The notes under the pieces are model-generated. The model saw only the letters and a program-made list of their open reading frames with translations, was not told the DNA's origin and made no database searches. From Bacteroidota bacterium (GTDB taxonomy: Bacteria > Bacteroidota > Ignavibacteria > UBA10030 > UBA8401), in contig JABWAK010000002.1 in assembly GCA_013361065.1 (NCBI GenBank), positions 2,273 to 66,272 of the forward strand: DNA of 64,000 nt, read 5' to 3'. The translations under genes and the position numbers were made by a program. Below, piece by piece: positions 8,489 through 18,648 of the stretch (its first letter is position 1; every line of letters starts with the position of its first letter).

Positions 8489-10675
8489 TCACTGCGTGTC
8501 CACCGTGCTTTCAATGGCGGACTGGATCGTCGGCGAGACCTTGCCGAGGAAGTCATATCCGGTCGCTGATTCCACGGCATCCACGCTCACGCGGAACGTC
8601 TTCCAGTCCGCGGTGCGGCTGATGAGCGCATCGCTGTTCGGCATGATCACGGCGATCACGCGGGTGGAGGTGCTGACGCGGGAGAGGTCGTTCGTCCCTT
8701 CCGGGATGACAACGACCACTTTCCATGTGTGCGTCGGGATGTTGACGCGTCCTGCATCGACCGTTCCCTGCGAACCATAGCCGCCGGAGTAGATATAGAG
8801 TTCGTTCCCGGCGGTGACGAGCGTGCGCAGATAGTTCTCCATGTTCGCCCAGGGACCCTGGTTGTTGTTCGGTGCCTGCGGGACCATGTTCGTCATGAGG
8901 AAGGTCGAGGAATTATCCGCCACGGTCGCCGTGCGGTCCGCCGAGGGACACATATGGCCGCGGTCATAACCGCTGCCGCTGTAGCTGGTGGAGCCGACCT
9001 GATACCAGCCGGACGGAAGCGTCGCATCGGCGCGGAAGTCATCCTGCCGTGCGGTGCTGCCGATCCAGGAGGCGTTCAGATGCCAGGCGACCCAGTTGGC
9101 GGTCCCTTTATCGCGGTGGTACGACAGCACATACTGCGCTTTTTCCATCAGGTAATTGGTGGTCAGGTTCACATCGCTTGCGGCATTGCTCGGATTGCCG
9201 AGGATGGTATGGACGCTCGTGGAAGTGGTGGTATCCGTTCCGCCGCCTCCCCCGCCGCCGTACGTGGTCAGGTTCGCGGTCACCGTATAGGCGGTCGTGG
9301 TGCTGGAGCCGGACACGGAGACGACCTGGGCATAATAGGTCTCATTCGTAGTGGAATTATAGGAGATGCTCTCCGAAACACCCGCACCGTTCGCCGAGCT
9401 GGCCACGGTGACACCGGCAGCGTTGAGCAGCTGCAGGTCATAGTTCACACCGGCCGGCACGGTGAGACCGAGCGCGATGGTCTGTGTGGAGGTTGCCGAC
9501 AGCGAGAAGACATCGACATCGGTGGTGGCGCTGATCAATCCCGTGTGCGTTGCCGGCATGGTGCCGAAGGCATTGGCCGTTCCGGTCGTATTGTTCGGTT
9601 CGGTTTCAGAGACAGTGGGGGTCACGGCGAAATCCGAGACATTGATCTCGTCGAAGTTCAGCCGGACGGAATTCGAACCGGTCGTCTTGCGGATCTCCAG
9701 CCGCACGGTGCCGGCCACATTCGGAGTGAAGGTCGCCGTGCTCAATGTCGTGGAGGTCGTGGTGATGGTGGAACCGGTCTGCGTCCAGCTGGTGCCGCTG
9801 TTGGTGGAATACCAGAGCTGCCAGGAGCTGTTGGCATCCGTGCCGTATTTTGCATGCTGGATGGTCACGGTACCGATACCGTTCGTCCGGTTGAATTTCA
9901 TCGTCAGCTTGCCAGTGTTCTGGATGCGGGCGCTCTTGGTGCCGACCTTACGGTCGCTGGTGGAGGTGCCGATCATCGCATTCGTGAAGGTCCAGACCCC
10001 GGACTGCAGCGTGACATCACCGGTGGTGTACGACGTTTTCGTGCCGCTCTCGAACGATTCCCACGCGGTGCTTCCGCCGCCGCTGCCGGCGTAATCATTG
10101 ATGACGAAGTCATCGAAGTTCACGCGGTTCGTGGTGCCGTCCGTTTTGCGGATCTCGAAGCGGATCGTTCCGGTGATGTTCACGGTGAACGAAGCGGTCG
10201 CAAGGGTCGTGGAGGATGTTGTGATCGTTGCACCGGTCTGCGTCCACGTGCTGCCGCTGTTGGTGGAGTACCACAGCTGCCAGGTGGTGTTCGCATCGGT
10301 ACCGTATTTGGCATGCTTCACGGTGACCACACCGGCGCCGTCCGTCCGGTTGAACTTCATCGTCAGCTTCCCGCTGTTGCGGGTACGGATACTTTTCGTG
10401 CCGACCATCGGGTCGCTTGCAGAGGTGCCGACGAGTGCTTCATCCAGCGTCCACACACCGGATCCGAACGTCACATCACCGACCGCATACGATGTTTTCG
10501 TTCCCGCTTCGAATCCTTCGTTGACGGTCACAGCCTGCATCATCTGGCTGACGGATTCGGTGGGGGATTTTTGGACGGCGGAGGGTGGATCGACGGGGGT
10601 TTGCTGACATGCTGGAACGACGAGCAGGAGGAGGGCGGCGAGTACGACCGCCGTGGCGCGCTGGAGAAACTTCAT
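8489..10675 (-). CDS. Extracellular multidomain DNA/RNA non-specific endonuclease lipoprotein: two tandem ~150-aa beta-sandwich repeats, a PPC-like domain, a Gly-rich linker, and a NucA-family (DRGH) nuclease domain
   Basis: Lipobox VVPAC; two near-identical repeats (...GKLTMKFNRT.G.G.VT..HAKYGTDAN..WQLWYSTNSG..WTQTG...); C-terminal GYDRGHMCPSADR...FLMTNMVPQAPNNNQGPW is the Serratia-nuclease beta-beta-alpha-Me motif. Confidence 0.85.
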   Translation of the reverse strand: MKFLQRATAVVLAALLLLVVPACQQTPVDPPSAVQKSPTESVSQMMQAVTVNEGFEAGTKTSYAVGDVTFGSGVWTLDEALVGTSASDPMVGTKSIRTRNSGKLTMKFNRTDGAGVVTVKHAKYGTDANTTWQLWYSTNSGSTWTQTGATITTSSTTLATASFTVNITGTIRFEIRKTDGTTNRVNFDDFVINDYAGSGGGSTAWESFESGTKTSYTTGDVTLQSGVWTFTNAMIGTSTSDRKVGTKSARIQNTGKLTMKFNRTNGIGTVTIQHAKYGTDANSSWQLWYSTNSGTSWTQTGSTITTTSTTLSTATFTPNVAGTVRLEIRKTTGSNSVRLNFDEINVSDFAVTPTVSETEPNNTTGTANAFGTMPATHTGLISATTDVDVFSLSATSTQTIALGLTVPAGVNYDLQLLNAAGVTVASSANGAGVSESISYNSTTNETYYAQVVSVSGSSTTTAYTVTANLTTYGGGGGGGTDTTTSTSVHTILGNPSNAASDVNLTTNYLMEKAQYVLSYHRDKGTANWVAWHLNASWIGSTARQDDFRADATLPSGWYQVGSTSYSGSGYDRGHMCPSADRTATVADNSSTFLMTNMVPQAPNNNQGPWANMENYLRTLVTAGNELYIYSGGYGSQGTVDAGRVNIPTHTWKVVVVIPEGTNDLSRVSTSTRVIAVIMPNSDALISRTADWKTFRVSVDAVESATGYDFLGKVSPTIQSAIESTVDTQ

Positions 10676-10795
10676 GGGGTCCTCATAGTGGTTGATAGAG
10701 TGGTTGAAGTCGCACGCGCAAATATAGACAAATCAATGTCTTTTGTAAAGTGTGCCGGCGTTATTTCATCGTGAATTCTGAGATTGTGAGAAATG

Positions 10796-11611
10796 TCACT
10801 CCGCATCCGTTCTTCGTTCGATAGCGGTCTGAACAGAGTGCGGGAGCCGGGAGAAGAGATCGAACCCGGTGAGCGCTTCCACGGAATCGATGGTCACGCG
10901 GAAGCTCCGCCAGTCATCGTTCTTCCCGATGAGTGCATTGCTGTTCGGCATCACCACGGCGATGGTGCGGGCGGCATCGGTGACCCGACGGAGGTCATCC
11001 TCGCCGGCATCCAGGACCAGGACCGCCTTCCACGTCCGAAGCGGTATCTGCACCCGTCCTGAATCGAGGAATCCCTGTTCCCCGTTCCCGCCGCAATAGA
11101 TGTACAGCTCCTTCCCCTGCTGCACCAGTTCCCGGCAATAGATCTCCAGCTGCGCCCACGGTCCCTGGTTGTTGTTCGGCGCCTGCGGGATCATATTCGT
11201 CATCAGGAAGGTCATGGAATTGTCGTACTGTGTATTGGTCCTGTCCCCGGACGGGCACATATGTCCCCGGTCGTACCCGCTCCGCCGGTAGCTTGCCTCA
11301 TGCACGCGGTACCACTGCTCCGGCAGCGTACTGTCCGCCCGGAAATCGTTGCTCCTCCGCACTTCGCCGAGCCAGCTGCTGTCCGTATGCCACGCTACCC
11401 AGTTGGGGATGCCGGTCATGCGGTCATAGGAGAGCGCGAACTGCTCCTTCATCATCAGATATTTGCGCTGAGCAGCAGCCGACGGTTCCGCCCCGTCCGG
11501 ATTCCCCATCAGCAGATGAACGGCGGACCGGCTGCCGGTGTTCTGAGCAGAAAGAACGGCGGCAAGGCAGAGCGCGGCGAACAATCGGAGGATCATTTTC
11601 GTCTTATCCAT
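10796..11611 (-). CDS. Secreted DNA/RNA non-specific endonuclease (NucA family), paralog of the nuclease domain of the upstream gene
   Basis: Signal peptide MDKTKMILRLFAALCLAAVLSAQ; GYDRGHMCPSGDR...FLMTNMIPQAPNNNQGPWA nearly identical to the 8489-10675 C-terminus. Confidence 0.85.
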   Translation of the reverse strand: MDKTKMILRLFAALCLAAVLSAQNTGSRSAVHLLMGNPDGAEPSAAAQRKYLMMKEQFALSYDRMTGIPNWVAWHTDSSWLGEVRRSNDFRADSTLPEQWYRVHEASYRRSGYDRGHMCPSGDRTNTQYDNSMTFLMTNMIPQAPNNNQGPWAQLEIYCRELVQQGKELYIYCGGNGEQGFLDSGRVQIPLRTWKAVLVLDAGEDDLRRVTDAARTIAVVMPNSNALIGKNDDWRSFRVTIDSVEALTGFDLFSRLPHSVQTAIERRTDAE

Positions 11612-11728
11612 GACAGGATGATACGGAAAATTCCCCATGAATGGGAGCCTGCACGCCCTTCCGGCCGTATTGTAACTCCCTGCACATTTATTTATCTTGT
11701 CTCTATAATAGAAAGGAATCGAAGCAGT

Positions 11729-13453
11729 ATGAGGATGCGTTGGACGGCGGTCTGTGCCGCAGTGTTGATGGTATTCATTGCCGGATGCTCTTCCGGCGGC
11801 GGGACGGCAGCGGTGACCACCGAAGCACCGGCACCGAAACAGCGGGCGGTCACCGAACAGGACCGGTCGGCGGCGATGCAGCTGTTCATTGACGGCTCAC
11901 TGAAGGAAAGCAAAGGGGAGTTCGCCGAGGCGATCCTGGACTACCAGGATGCACTCCGGTACGACCATGACCCGGCGATCTTCTTCGCCCTGGCGAAATG
12001 TTATCACCAGCTCCGCCGGTATGCAGCGGCATCGGAATATGCGGCGCTGGCGGTACAGCATGAACCGAACAGAGTGGAGTACCGTGAGGTGCTCGCACAG
12101 ACCTATATCAATGCGGGGAAGCTGGACAAGGCCGCGGCGGAATTCCGCATGATCCTGATGCTGGACCCGAAGAATGTCAATGCCGCCTTCACCCTGGCCA
12201 AGATCATGGAACGGGCGCACCCGGCCGAAGCGCTGGAACTCTACAACGGCATCGTGGCGCGGCAGGGACCGTCGTGGGAGGTTCTGCTGCAGATCGCCCA
12301 GCTCAACAGCGCCCTGCAGCGGCACGACAAGGCAGCCGAAGCACTGGAACAGATGCTCCAGCTCGATCCCTCCAACCTTGCACTGAAGCAGAATTTGGCA
12401 GAGACCTATATCCGCCTGAAACGGTTCGAACAGGCGCGGACCATGCTTACGGAGGTACTGGAGCAGAATCCGGACAATGTGATGCTCCGTTCCACCCTGG
12501 CGGATGTCTACCTGCAGCAGAACGACTGGACCTCCGCGCGGAAGGAACTGACGACGATCCTCGCTTCCGATTCGCTCGATCCGGACACCCATCTGCGGAT
12601 CGGCATGGCATACTACGCGCAGACCATCAAGGACACGCTCCTCATCCCGGAGGCGATCGGGGTCTTCCGGCAGTACGAGAAGAACTATCCGACCGACACG
12701 CGTCCCTTCGTCTTCCTCGGCGTGCTGCACCGCGGCATCCGCAAGGATTCCATCGCGGAGACCTACTTCACGCGCGCCACGCAGGCGGCCAACTGGAACG
12801 GCGATGCCTGGTGGCAACTGGGATGGATGTACTTCGACAAACAGGATTACCGTGAGACCATCTCGATCATGACCAAGGCGAAGCAGTACGTGCCGGATGA
12901 CTTCCGCATCTTCCTGCTGCTCGGCATCGCACACAACCGCGCCGGTCAGCAACAGGATTCACGCGTGGCTCTGGAACGTGCAGCGGAACTGAACCCGACC
13001 GATCTGAACGTGCTCTCCTCGCTCGGGCTGACGTACGATGCGCTGAAGATGCATGCGGAGTCCGATTCCACCTACGAACGTGCGCTCCGTATCGATCCGG
13101 ACTATCCGCTCGTGCTGAACAACTATGCATACAGCCTCTCCGAACGTGGCATCCAGCTGTCGCGCGCCGCAACGATGTCCAAAGCATCCCTTGCCGCCGA
13201 CTCCACCAACAGTTCCTATCTGGATACCTACGGATGGATCCTCTATCAACAGGGGAAGTATGATGAAGCGCTCGTCTACATCCGCCGTGCGGTGGAGCTC
13301 GGTGATGCGAGCGCCGTGGTGCTGGAACATCTGGGCGATGTGTACTATCGGGTGGGCGACCGTACCAGAGCGGAGGAGTACTGGAAGAAGGCGCTGGAGA
13401 AGGATGCAAAGAACGCCGCATTGAAGGAGAAGATCGCGCGGGGCTCGCTGTGA
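11729..13453 (+). CDS. TPR-repeat lipoprotein
   Basis: Lipoprotein signal MRMRWTAVCAAVLMVFIAGC, then about 12 TPR-like repeats; the longer ORF start at 11261 lies antisense to the nuclease gene and is rejected. Confidence 0.8.
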   Translation: MRMRWTAVCAAVLMVFIAGCSSGGGTAAVTTEAPAPKQRAVTEQDRSAAMQLFIDGSLKESKGEFAEAILDYQDALRYDHDPAIFFALAKCYHQLRRYAAASEYAALAVQHEPNRVEYREVLAQTYINAGKLDKAAAEFRMILMLDPKNVNAAFTLAKIMERAHPAEALELYNGIVARQGPSWEVLLQIAQLNSALQRHDKAAEALEQMLQLDPSNLALKQNLAETYIRLKRFEQARTMLTEVLEQNPDNVMLRSTLADVYLQQNDWTSARKELTTILASDSLDPDTHLRIGMAYYAQTIKDTLLIPEAIGVFRQYEKNYPTDTRPFVFLGVLHRGIRKDSIAETYFTRATQAANWNGDAWWQLGWMYFDKQDYRETISIMTKAKQYVPDDFRIFLLLGIAHNRAGQQQDSRVALERAAELNPTDLNVLSSLGLTYDALKMHAESDSTYERALRIDPDYPLVLNNYAYSLSERGIQLSRAATMSKASLAADSTNSSYLDTYGWILYQQGKYDEALVYIRRAVELGDASAVVLEHLGDVYYRVGDRTRAEEYWKKALEKDAKNAALKEKIARGSL

Positions 13454-14223
13454 GCCGTCATGTCGTGCTGTCCCTGTTCCTCCTGGCGCTGACCGCTGCC
13501 GGCTGCTCCTCCGTGCCCGAAGCAACCGTTCCTGAAGCGGTCCCGGCCGATGCGGTGCTTGCCCGGCTGGAGACGATCCGTCTTCCGGATGCCTTCTCCG
13601 CCGAAGGCACCATCACCGTCACTGCGCCGACCATGGACCAATCCGCCGGTTTCGAGATGATCGCGCGCGGGGATGATTCAGTGAAGATGAGCATCTACGG
13701 TCCGTTCGGCATCACGGTCGGCACGGCTTTGTTCACACGGGATACCTTCGCCGCTTATAATGCACTGAACAACACCGTCTACCGCGGTTCACCGGAGCGC
13801 CAGCTCCGTTCCCTGCCGTTCATCAACACCATCCCGTTCGAGTTCTTCATGGGCACGCTCCAGGGGGTCCATCTTCCGTCCCGCATCCGGCCGTACGGCG
13901 CCGTACGGCCGGATGCGGACGGCCGCGTCTCCTTCGCAGCGGTCAATGCGGACAGCAGTGTCGATTCGCTCCGGTTCGACGGCTCGTTCGGCAGGATCAT
14001 CTCCTGCACCCGCTGGTCCGCCGGTTCGGTGCAGCAATGGAGCATCCAGTACCGGTACACACGGAACGATGCCGGCGCGGTCATACCGCAGCAGGTCGAG
14101 CTGTTCGTGCCGCTGCGGCAGACGACACTCACCATCGACTATGACGCCGTTGCGGACAATGCCGAGGCGGCGCAGTTCACCCTTCCTGTCCCGGATGATG
14201 CGGAGACCGTCACCGTCCAATGA
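13450..14223 (+). CDS. DUF4292-family lipoprotein
   Basis: Lipobox LTAAGCSS; conserved position between TPR and M23 peptidase genes as in Bacteroidota. Confidence 0.6.
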   Translation: MSRHVVLSLFLLALTAAGCSSVPEATVPEAVPADAVLARLETIRLPDAFSAEGTITVTAPTMDQSAGFEMIARGDDSVKMSIYGPFGITVGTALFTRDTFAAYNALNNTVYRGSPERQLRSLPFINTIPFEFFMGTLQGVHLPSRIRPYGAVRPDADGRVSFAAVNADSSVDSLRFDGSFGRIISCTRWSAGSVQQWSIQYRYTRNDAGAVIPQQVELFVPLRQTTLTIDYDAVADNAEAAQFTLPVPDDAETVTVQ

Positions 14224-15596
14224 GGACCTCCCTGCCATATCTCCTGGCCGCACTGCTGTTCGTTCTGCCGCTCACGGCGAACCAGACCGACATCAAGCGC
14301 AAGGACCAGCAGCTGAAACGGCTCCGGGCCGAGATCCAGCGCTATGAGCAGCAGATCGAGGAGAGCGAGAAGAAGGAGAAGGCAACACTCGGCCGTCTGG
14401 ATATCATTGAGAAGAAAGCGAACCTCGTCCGTTCCCTGCTGGACGGGCTTCGCGAGGAGGAGCAGATGCTCCGCACCTCCATCGACAATTCCCGCGAGAC
14501 GGTCACCCAGCTGGAGAAGCAGCTCGCCTTCCTGAAGAACCACTACGCCAATTACGTCTCCTCCGTCTACAAGTACGGCAAGGTGTACGACCTGGAGACC
14601 ATCCTCTCCTCCAACTCCATCAACCAGCTCTACATCCGCATCGAGTACCTGAAGCGGTTCTCCGAACAGCGGAAGAAGGACCTGGAGAAGATCGTCACGA
14701 AGAAGGGACAGATCGAGATCGAGCACAGTACGCTGCAGGAGAAACTCTCCATGGAGCAGCAGCTGATCTCCGAGAAGATCCGCGAGGAGAATGCGCTCAA
14801 CAAGACGAAGGAACGGCGGCGCAACGCGCTGAAGGAGATCCGCGAGGACAAGACCCAGCTGCAGGAGGTACTCACACGGAAGATCACCGCGGCGAAGCAG
14901 CTGGAGAACCTCGTGGCCGAGCTGATCGAACAGGAGCGCATCCGCAAGGAGAAGGCGGAACGGGAGGAGCGGGAACGGAAGGAGCGGATCGCGAAGGAAC
15001 GCGCCGCACAACGCGAACGGGAACGGCTCGCCCGCATCGAACGGGAGAAGGAACTGGCGGAACTGAAACGGAAGAACGACATGGCCAAAGCACGGGCAAA
15101 GGAACGCGAGATCGCCGAGGCGAACCAGCGCGCGCTGCTGCGCGAGAAGGAGTACGAGATCGAAGCGGCCCGCGTGGAACTGGTGATGCGTCCGCTGCAC
15201 GAACGGAAAGGGAAACTGCTCTGGCCGGTCTCCGGCGGACGGATCGTTGCGGAGTTCGGCAACCAGGTGCATCCGGTGATGAAGACCATCACCACCAACA
15301 CCGGCATCGATATCGCAACGAAAGAGAACACCCCGGTGAAGTGTGTGGCGGACGGCGAGGTGGCGCTCATCCACTGGCTCCCCTCCTACGGGAACCTGAT
15401 CATCGTCAATCACAGCCACGGGTACCGCACGGTCTATGCCCATCTCTCCGAGATCTCGGTCATCACCGGCCAGCAGATCAAGGAAGGGACCGTCATCGCA
15501 AAGAGCGGCGAATCGGTCTCCGGCAACCTGCTCCATTTCGAGGTCTGGAAAGAGAAGGACAAGCAGAATCCCCGCGAATGGCTCGCCCGGAGGTGA
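14220..15596 (+). CDS. M23-family metalloendopeptidase with long N-terminal coiled coil (EnvC-like)
   Basis: Signal peptide; heptad-rich E/K/R segment; C-terminal LytM domain ...GIDIA...GEVALIHWLPSYGNLIIVNHSHGYRTVYAHL...GNLLHFEVW. Confidence 0.85.
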   Translation: MRTSLPYLLAALLFVLPLTANQTDIKRKDQQLKRLRAEIQRYEQQIEESEKKEKATLGRLDIIEKKANLVRSLLDGLREEEQMLRTSIDNSRETVTQLEKQLAFLKNHYANYVSSVYKYGKVYDLETILSSNSINQLYIRIEYLKRFSEQRKKDLEKIVTKKGQIEIEHSTLQEKLSMEQQLISEKIREENALNKTKERRRNALKEIREDKTQLQEVLTRKITAAKQLENLVAELIEQERIRKEKAEREERERKERIAKERAAQRERERLARIEREKELAELKRKNDMAKARAKEREIAEANQRALLREKEYEIEAARVELVMRPLHERKGKLLWPVSGGRIVAEFGNQVHPVMKTITTNTGIDIATKENTPVKCVADGEVALIHWLPSYGNLIIVNHSHGYRTVYAHLSEISVITGQQIKEGTVIAKSGESVSGNLLHFEVWKEKDKQNPREWLARR

Positions 15597-15645
15597 CCCG
15601 CCCTCCGGCTGAATCCATGCGGGAATAAGGATTTTTTCAATTACA
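15597..15645 (+). terminator. Possible intrinsic terminator after the M23 peptidase gene
   Basis: CCCGC...GCGGG stem followed by AATAAGGATTTTTT. Confidence 0.35.
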
Positions 15646-15718
15646 TTACGGCAACAGCACGGTCCCAACAGCACACCGGACCACCATCGTACGCACAGCG
15701 TCAGCAAAGGAACCATCC

Positions 15719-16735
15719 GTGGCAAAACGAATCGAAAAGAGCGAGACCCCGAAGACTAAACGCAGTGATGTGGAGGCGGTCCGCGAACTGAACGAATCCT
15801 ATCAGGCGATGCGCGCCGAGATCGGCAAGGTGATCATCGGTCAGGATGTGATCATCGAACAGCTCTTCATCTCCCTCCTCTCCCGCGGACATTGCCTGCT
15901 GGTCGGGGTGCCGGGACTGGCCAAGACGCTGCTCATCAAAACGCTGGCCGATGTGCTGGACCTGAAGTTCAACCGGATCCAGTTCACGCCGGACCTGATG
16001 CCGAGCGACATCACCGGTACCGAGATCATCGAAGAGGACAAGAAGAGCGGCGGCAAGGTGTTCAAGTTCGTGGAAGGACCGGTCTTCTCCAACATCGTAC
16101 TGGCGGATGAGATCAACCGCACCCCGCCCAAGACGCAGGCAGCGCTGCTCGAGTCGATGCAGGAGCACAAAGTGACCGCCGCCGGCAAGACCTACACGCT
16201 CGCCGAACCGTTCTTCGTCCTGGCCACCCAGAACCCGATCGAACAGGAAGGGACCTATCCGCTGCCGGAAGCGCAGCTGGACCGGTTCATGTTCAACCTC
16301 TGGCTGGAGTATCCGTCGTTCGAGGAGGAGAAACAGATCGTGAAGGCGACGACCAGTCAGTACTCGCCGAAACTGAAGCATGTGCTGGATGCCGATGCTA
16401 TCATCGACTTCCAGGAACTCGTCCGCCGGGTGCCGGTGGCGGACAATGTGATCGAGTATGCCGTGAGTCTCGTGGCGAAGACCCGTCCGAAGGATGCGCG
16501 CTCGCCGCAGGCGGTGAAGGACTGGCTCACCTGGGGTGCCGGTCCGCGTGCCTCGCAGTACCTGATCCTCGGCGCGAAGTGCCGCTCCATCCTGCACGGC
16601 AAGTACACACCGGACATCGACGATGTGCGCGCCGTGGCCGTACCGGTGCTGCGCCACCGCATCATCCCCAATTTCAACGCGGAAGCGGACGGTATCACCG
16701 CGGTACAGGTGATCGAGTCAATAGTCAAAATATAA
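15719..16735 (+). CDS. moxR: MoxR-family AAA+ ATPase
   Basis: GHCLLVGVPGLAKT (Walker A) ...VLADEINRTPPKTQAALLESMQE... typical MoxR. Confidence 0.9.
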   Translation: MAKRIEKSETPKTKRSDVEAVRELNESYQAMRAEIGKVIIGQDVIIEQLFISLLSRGHCLLVGVPGLAKTLLIKTLADVLDLKFNRIQFTPDLMPSDITGTEIIEEDKKSGGKVFKFVEGPVFSNIVLADEINRTPPKTQAALLESMQEHKVTAAGKTYTLAEPFFVLATQNPIEQEGTYPLPEAQLDRFMFNLWLEYPSFEEEKQIVKATTSQYSPKLKHVLDADAIIDFQELVRRVPVADNVIEYAVSLVAKTRPKDARSPQAVKDWLTWGAGPRASQYLILGAKCRSILHGKYTPDIDDVRAVAVPVLRHRIIPNFNAEADGITAVQVIESIVKI

Positions 16736-16797
16736 TCGGTTTAGACTTTTTCATTATAACTTCGTTAATGTTTCTGCAATAACACTCTCGAATCAAT

Positions 16798-17715
16798 ATG
16801 ACCTTAACAGATAAAATAAAATACAAGACAACATTTAAGCAGGCGCTTGATAACCTTGCCAACACACTTGTGAGTCACGTTTCGACAAGTGAAGGTGATT
16901 GGTCTATTAAGGGTTTTATTGATGTATACAAAAATATATATACGATTTCCTCTGACACTAAAATCATCTCAAAAATATTGGAGATTCATCTTTTCCCTCA
17001 AATAATTGAATTCGCTAAGAGCATCGATTATAAAATTGTCCTCGCTGAAAAGCAAAACTGGTATCCAGATCTAACATTTATCAACAATCATGATAACACG
17101 GTAAAATTTGCGGTAGATATTAAAACAACTTTCAGGCGGAAGAACAAAATAGCCGGATTTACACTCGGAAGTCATGGAGCTTATTTCAAAGAACGCGATA
17201 AAGACAAAAACATTCAGTTTCCATATAACCAGTATTCTGGTCATTTTTGTTTAGCGGTAATTTACACAAGAACTGACATTCATGGAGATATTCCTGAAGC
17301 GGATATTCTTCAAGTTCATGATTTACAAGAATCTTACGAACCTAATAGAAATACTGTAGGGACAAGGAAAATAACAAACGTAAAAAATTTAAAATCCATT
17401 ACATCTGTGATAAAAGATTTTGATATTTTTGCGGCGGAAAAATGGAAAATCGCTAGCGACAAACAAGGGTCGGGAAATACCGCAAATATTGGCTCAATAA
17501 TAGAAATCAACGATTTAAAGAATGAAAATGGCATTTTTAGCAAATTAGGTGAAGAGTGGTTTGATGAGTATTGGATAAATCACGGTTCTGCTAGAATGAT
17601 AAAGAAAGGAAAGTCAGTAAAAATTACTAATCTTAGAGATTATTTAATTTTTAAAGGAAAAGAAGACCTTTGGGAAAAAGTGGTTGGTAAAAAAAAGAAA
17701 GAAAAAGATAAATGA
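16798..17715 (+). CDS. Type II restriction endonuclease, EcoRV family (predicted GATATC)
   Basis: NWYPDLTF...FAVDIKTTF (PD-(D/E)xK) ...FPYNQYSGHFCLAVIYTR...EKWKIASDKQGSGNTANIGSI...ENGIFSKLGEEWFDEYW parallels R.EcoRV (NHYPDFTL...IAIDIKTTY...DKWVIAGDLAGSGNTTNIGSI), from recall; AT-rich. Confidence 0.8.
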   Translation: MTLTDKIKYKTTFKQALDNLANTLVSHVSTSEGDWSIKGFIDVYKNIYTISSDTKIISKILEIHLFPQIIEFAKSIDYKIVLAEKQNWYPDLTFINNHDNTVKFAVDIKTTFRRKNKIAGFTLGSHGAYFKERDKDKNIQFPYNQYSGHFCLAVIYTRTDIHGDIPEADILQVHDLQESYEPNRNTVGTRKITNVKNLKSITSVIKDFDIFAAEKWKIASDKQGSGNTANIGSIIEINDLKNENGIFSKLGEEWFDEYWINHGSARMIKKGKSVKITNLRDYLIFKGKEDLWEKVVGKKKKEKDK

Positions 17716-18638
17716 AAGTTGTGGTGCCCCCTATAAAAAGCCAAGGTATTAAAACCAAATTAGTGCCGTGGATCAAAGAAATTGCTCCAAAGGTGACCGG
17801 GCGATGGATAGAACCATTCCTTGGCACTGGTGTGGTAGCATTCAACTCTGGATATAAATCAGCTATTCTTAATGATACCAACCCACATATTATTAATTTT
17901 TACAAAGGTGTGCAGGCCGGGGTTATTACGGCGCCTCTAATGAAAAAATATTTAGAGCGTGAGGGCGAATTATTGAGTAGGGCTGATAATAATGGATATG
18001 AACATTATCTATCGGTGAGGAAGAGATTTAATTCTGGAGAGTACTCTCCTTATGATTTCATTTTTCTTTCCCGTGCTGGTTTTAATGGAATGATGCGATT
18101 TGGTAGTAAGGGAAATTGGAATATTCCGTTTTGTAAAAAGCCTGATCGGTTCGCCCAAGCTTATATAACCAAAATTACCAACCAGTTGTCTTCTGTCGCT
18201 CAAATAATTCAACCCGAACCACTTTGGAGTTTTCACAATAAAAATTTCACAGAAATCATTCCATTGGCTAAAGAACAAGATATAATTTATTGTGACCCTC
18301 CCTATTTTGGGAGACATGTCGACTATTATAACGGTTGGTCAGAGAAAGACGAAGAAACATTGTATTCACTTTTACATGAAACCAAGGCCAAATTTATTCT
18401 TTCTACATGGCATCATAATGAGTGGCGAGAAAATGATATGATAGCTAGATATTGGAATAAGTTTAATATTATTACAAAGGATCATTTTTATCACAATGGT
18501 GGAAGTATTGAGAATCGCAGAACCGTTGTGGAGGCTTTGGTGTGTAATTTTGACGTGAATAAATTTGAGACACATAATCATGGAGTTCAAAGCAAAGTAA
18601 AAGTTGAACAACTTGCTATATTTACAGAGTCTGTATAG
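17712..18638 (+). CDS. Dam-family N6-adenine DNA methyltransferase, M.EcoRV-like
   Basis: MKVVVPPIKSQGIKTKLVPWIKEIAP...EPFLGTGVVAFN (motif I) ...IYCDPPYFG (motif IV DPPY) ...STWHHNEWREN; near-collinear with M.EcoRV; 4-nt overlap with R gene. Confidence 0.85.
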   Translation: MKVVVPPIKSQGIKTKLVPWIKEIAPKVTGRWIEPFLGTGVVAFNSGYKSAILNDTNPHIINFYKGVQAGVITAPLMKKYLEREGELLSRADNNGYEHYLSVRKRFNSGEYSPYDFIFLSRAGFNGMMRFGSKGNWNIPFCKKPDRFAQAYITKITNQLSSVAQIIQPEPLWSFHNKNFTEIIPLAKEQDIIYCDPPYFGRHVDYYNGWSEKDEETLYSLLHETKAKFILSTWHHNEWRENDMIARYWNKFNIITKDHFYHNGGSIENRRTVVEALVCNFDVNKFETHNHGVQSKVKVEQLAIFTESV

Positions 18639-18648
18639 CAAGATTACC

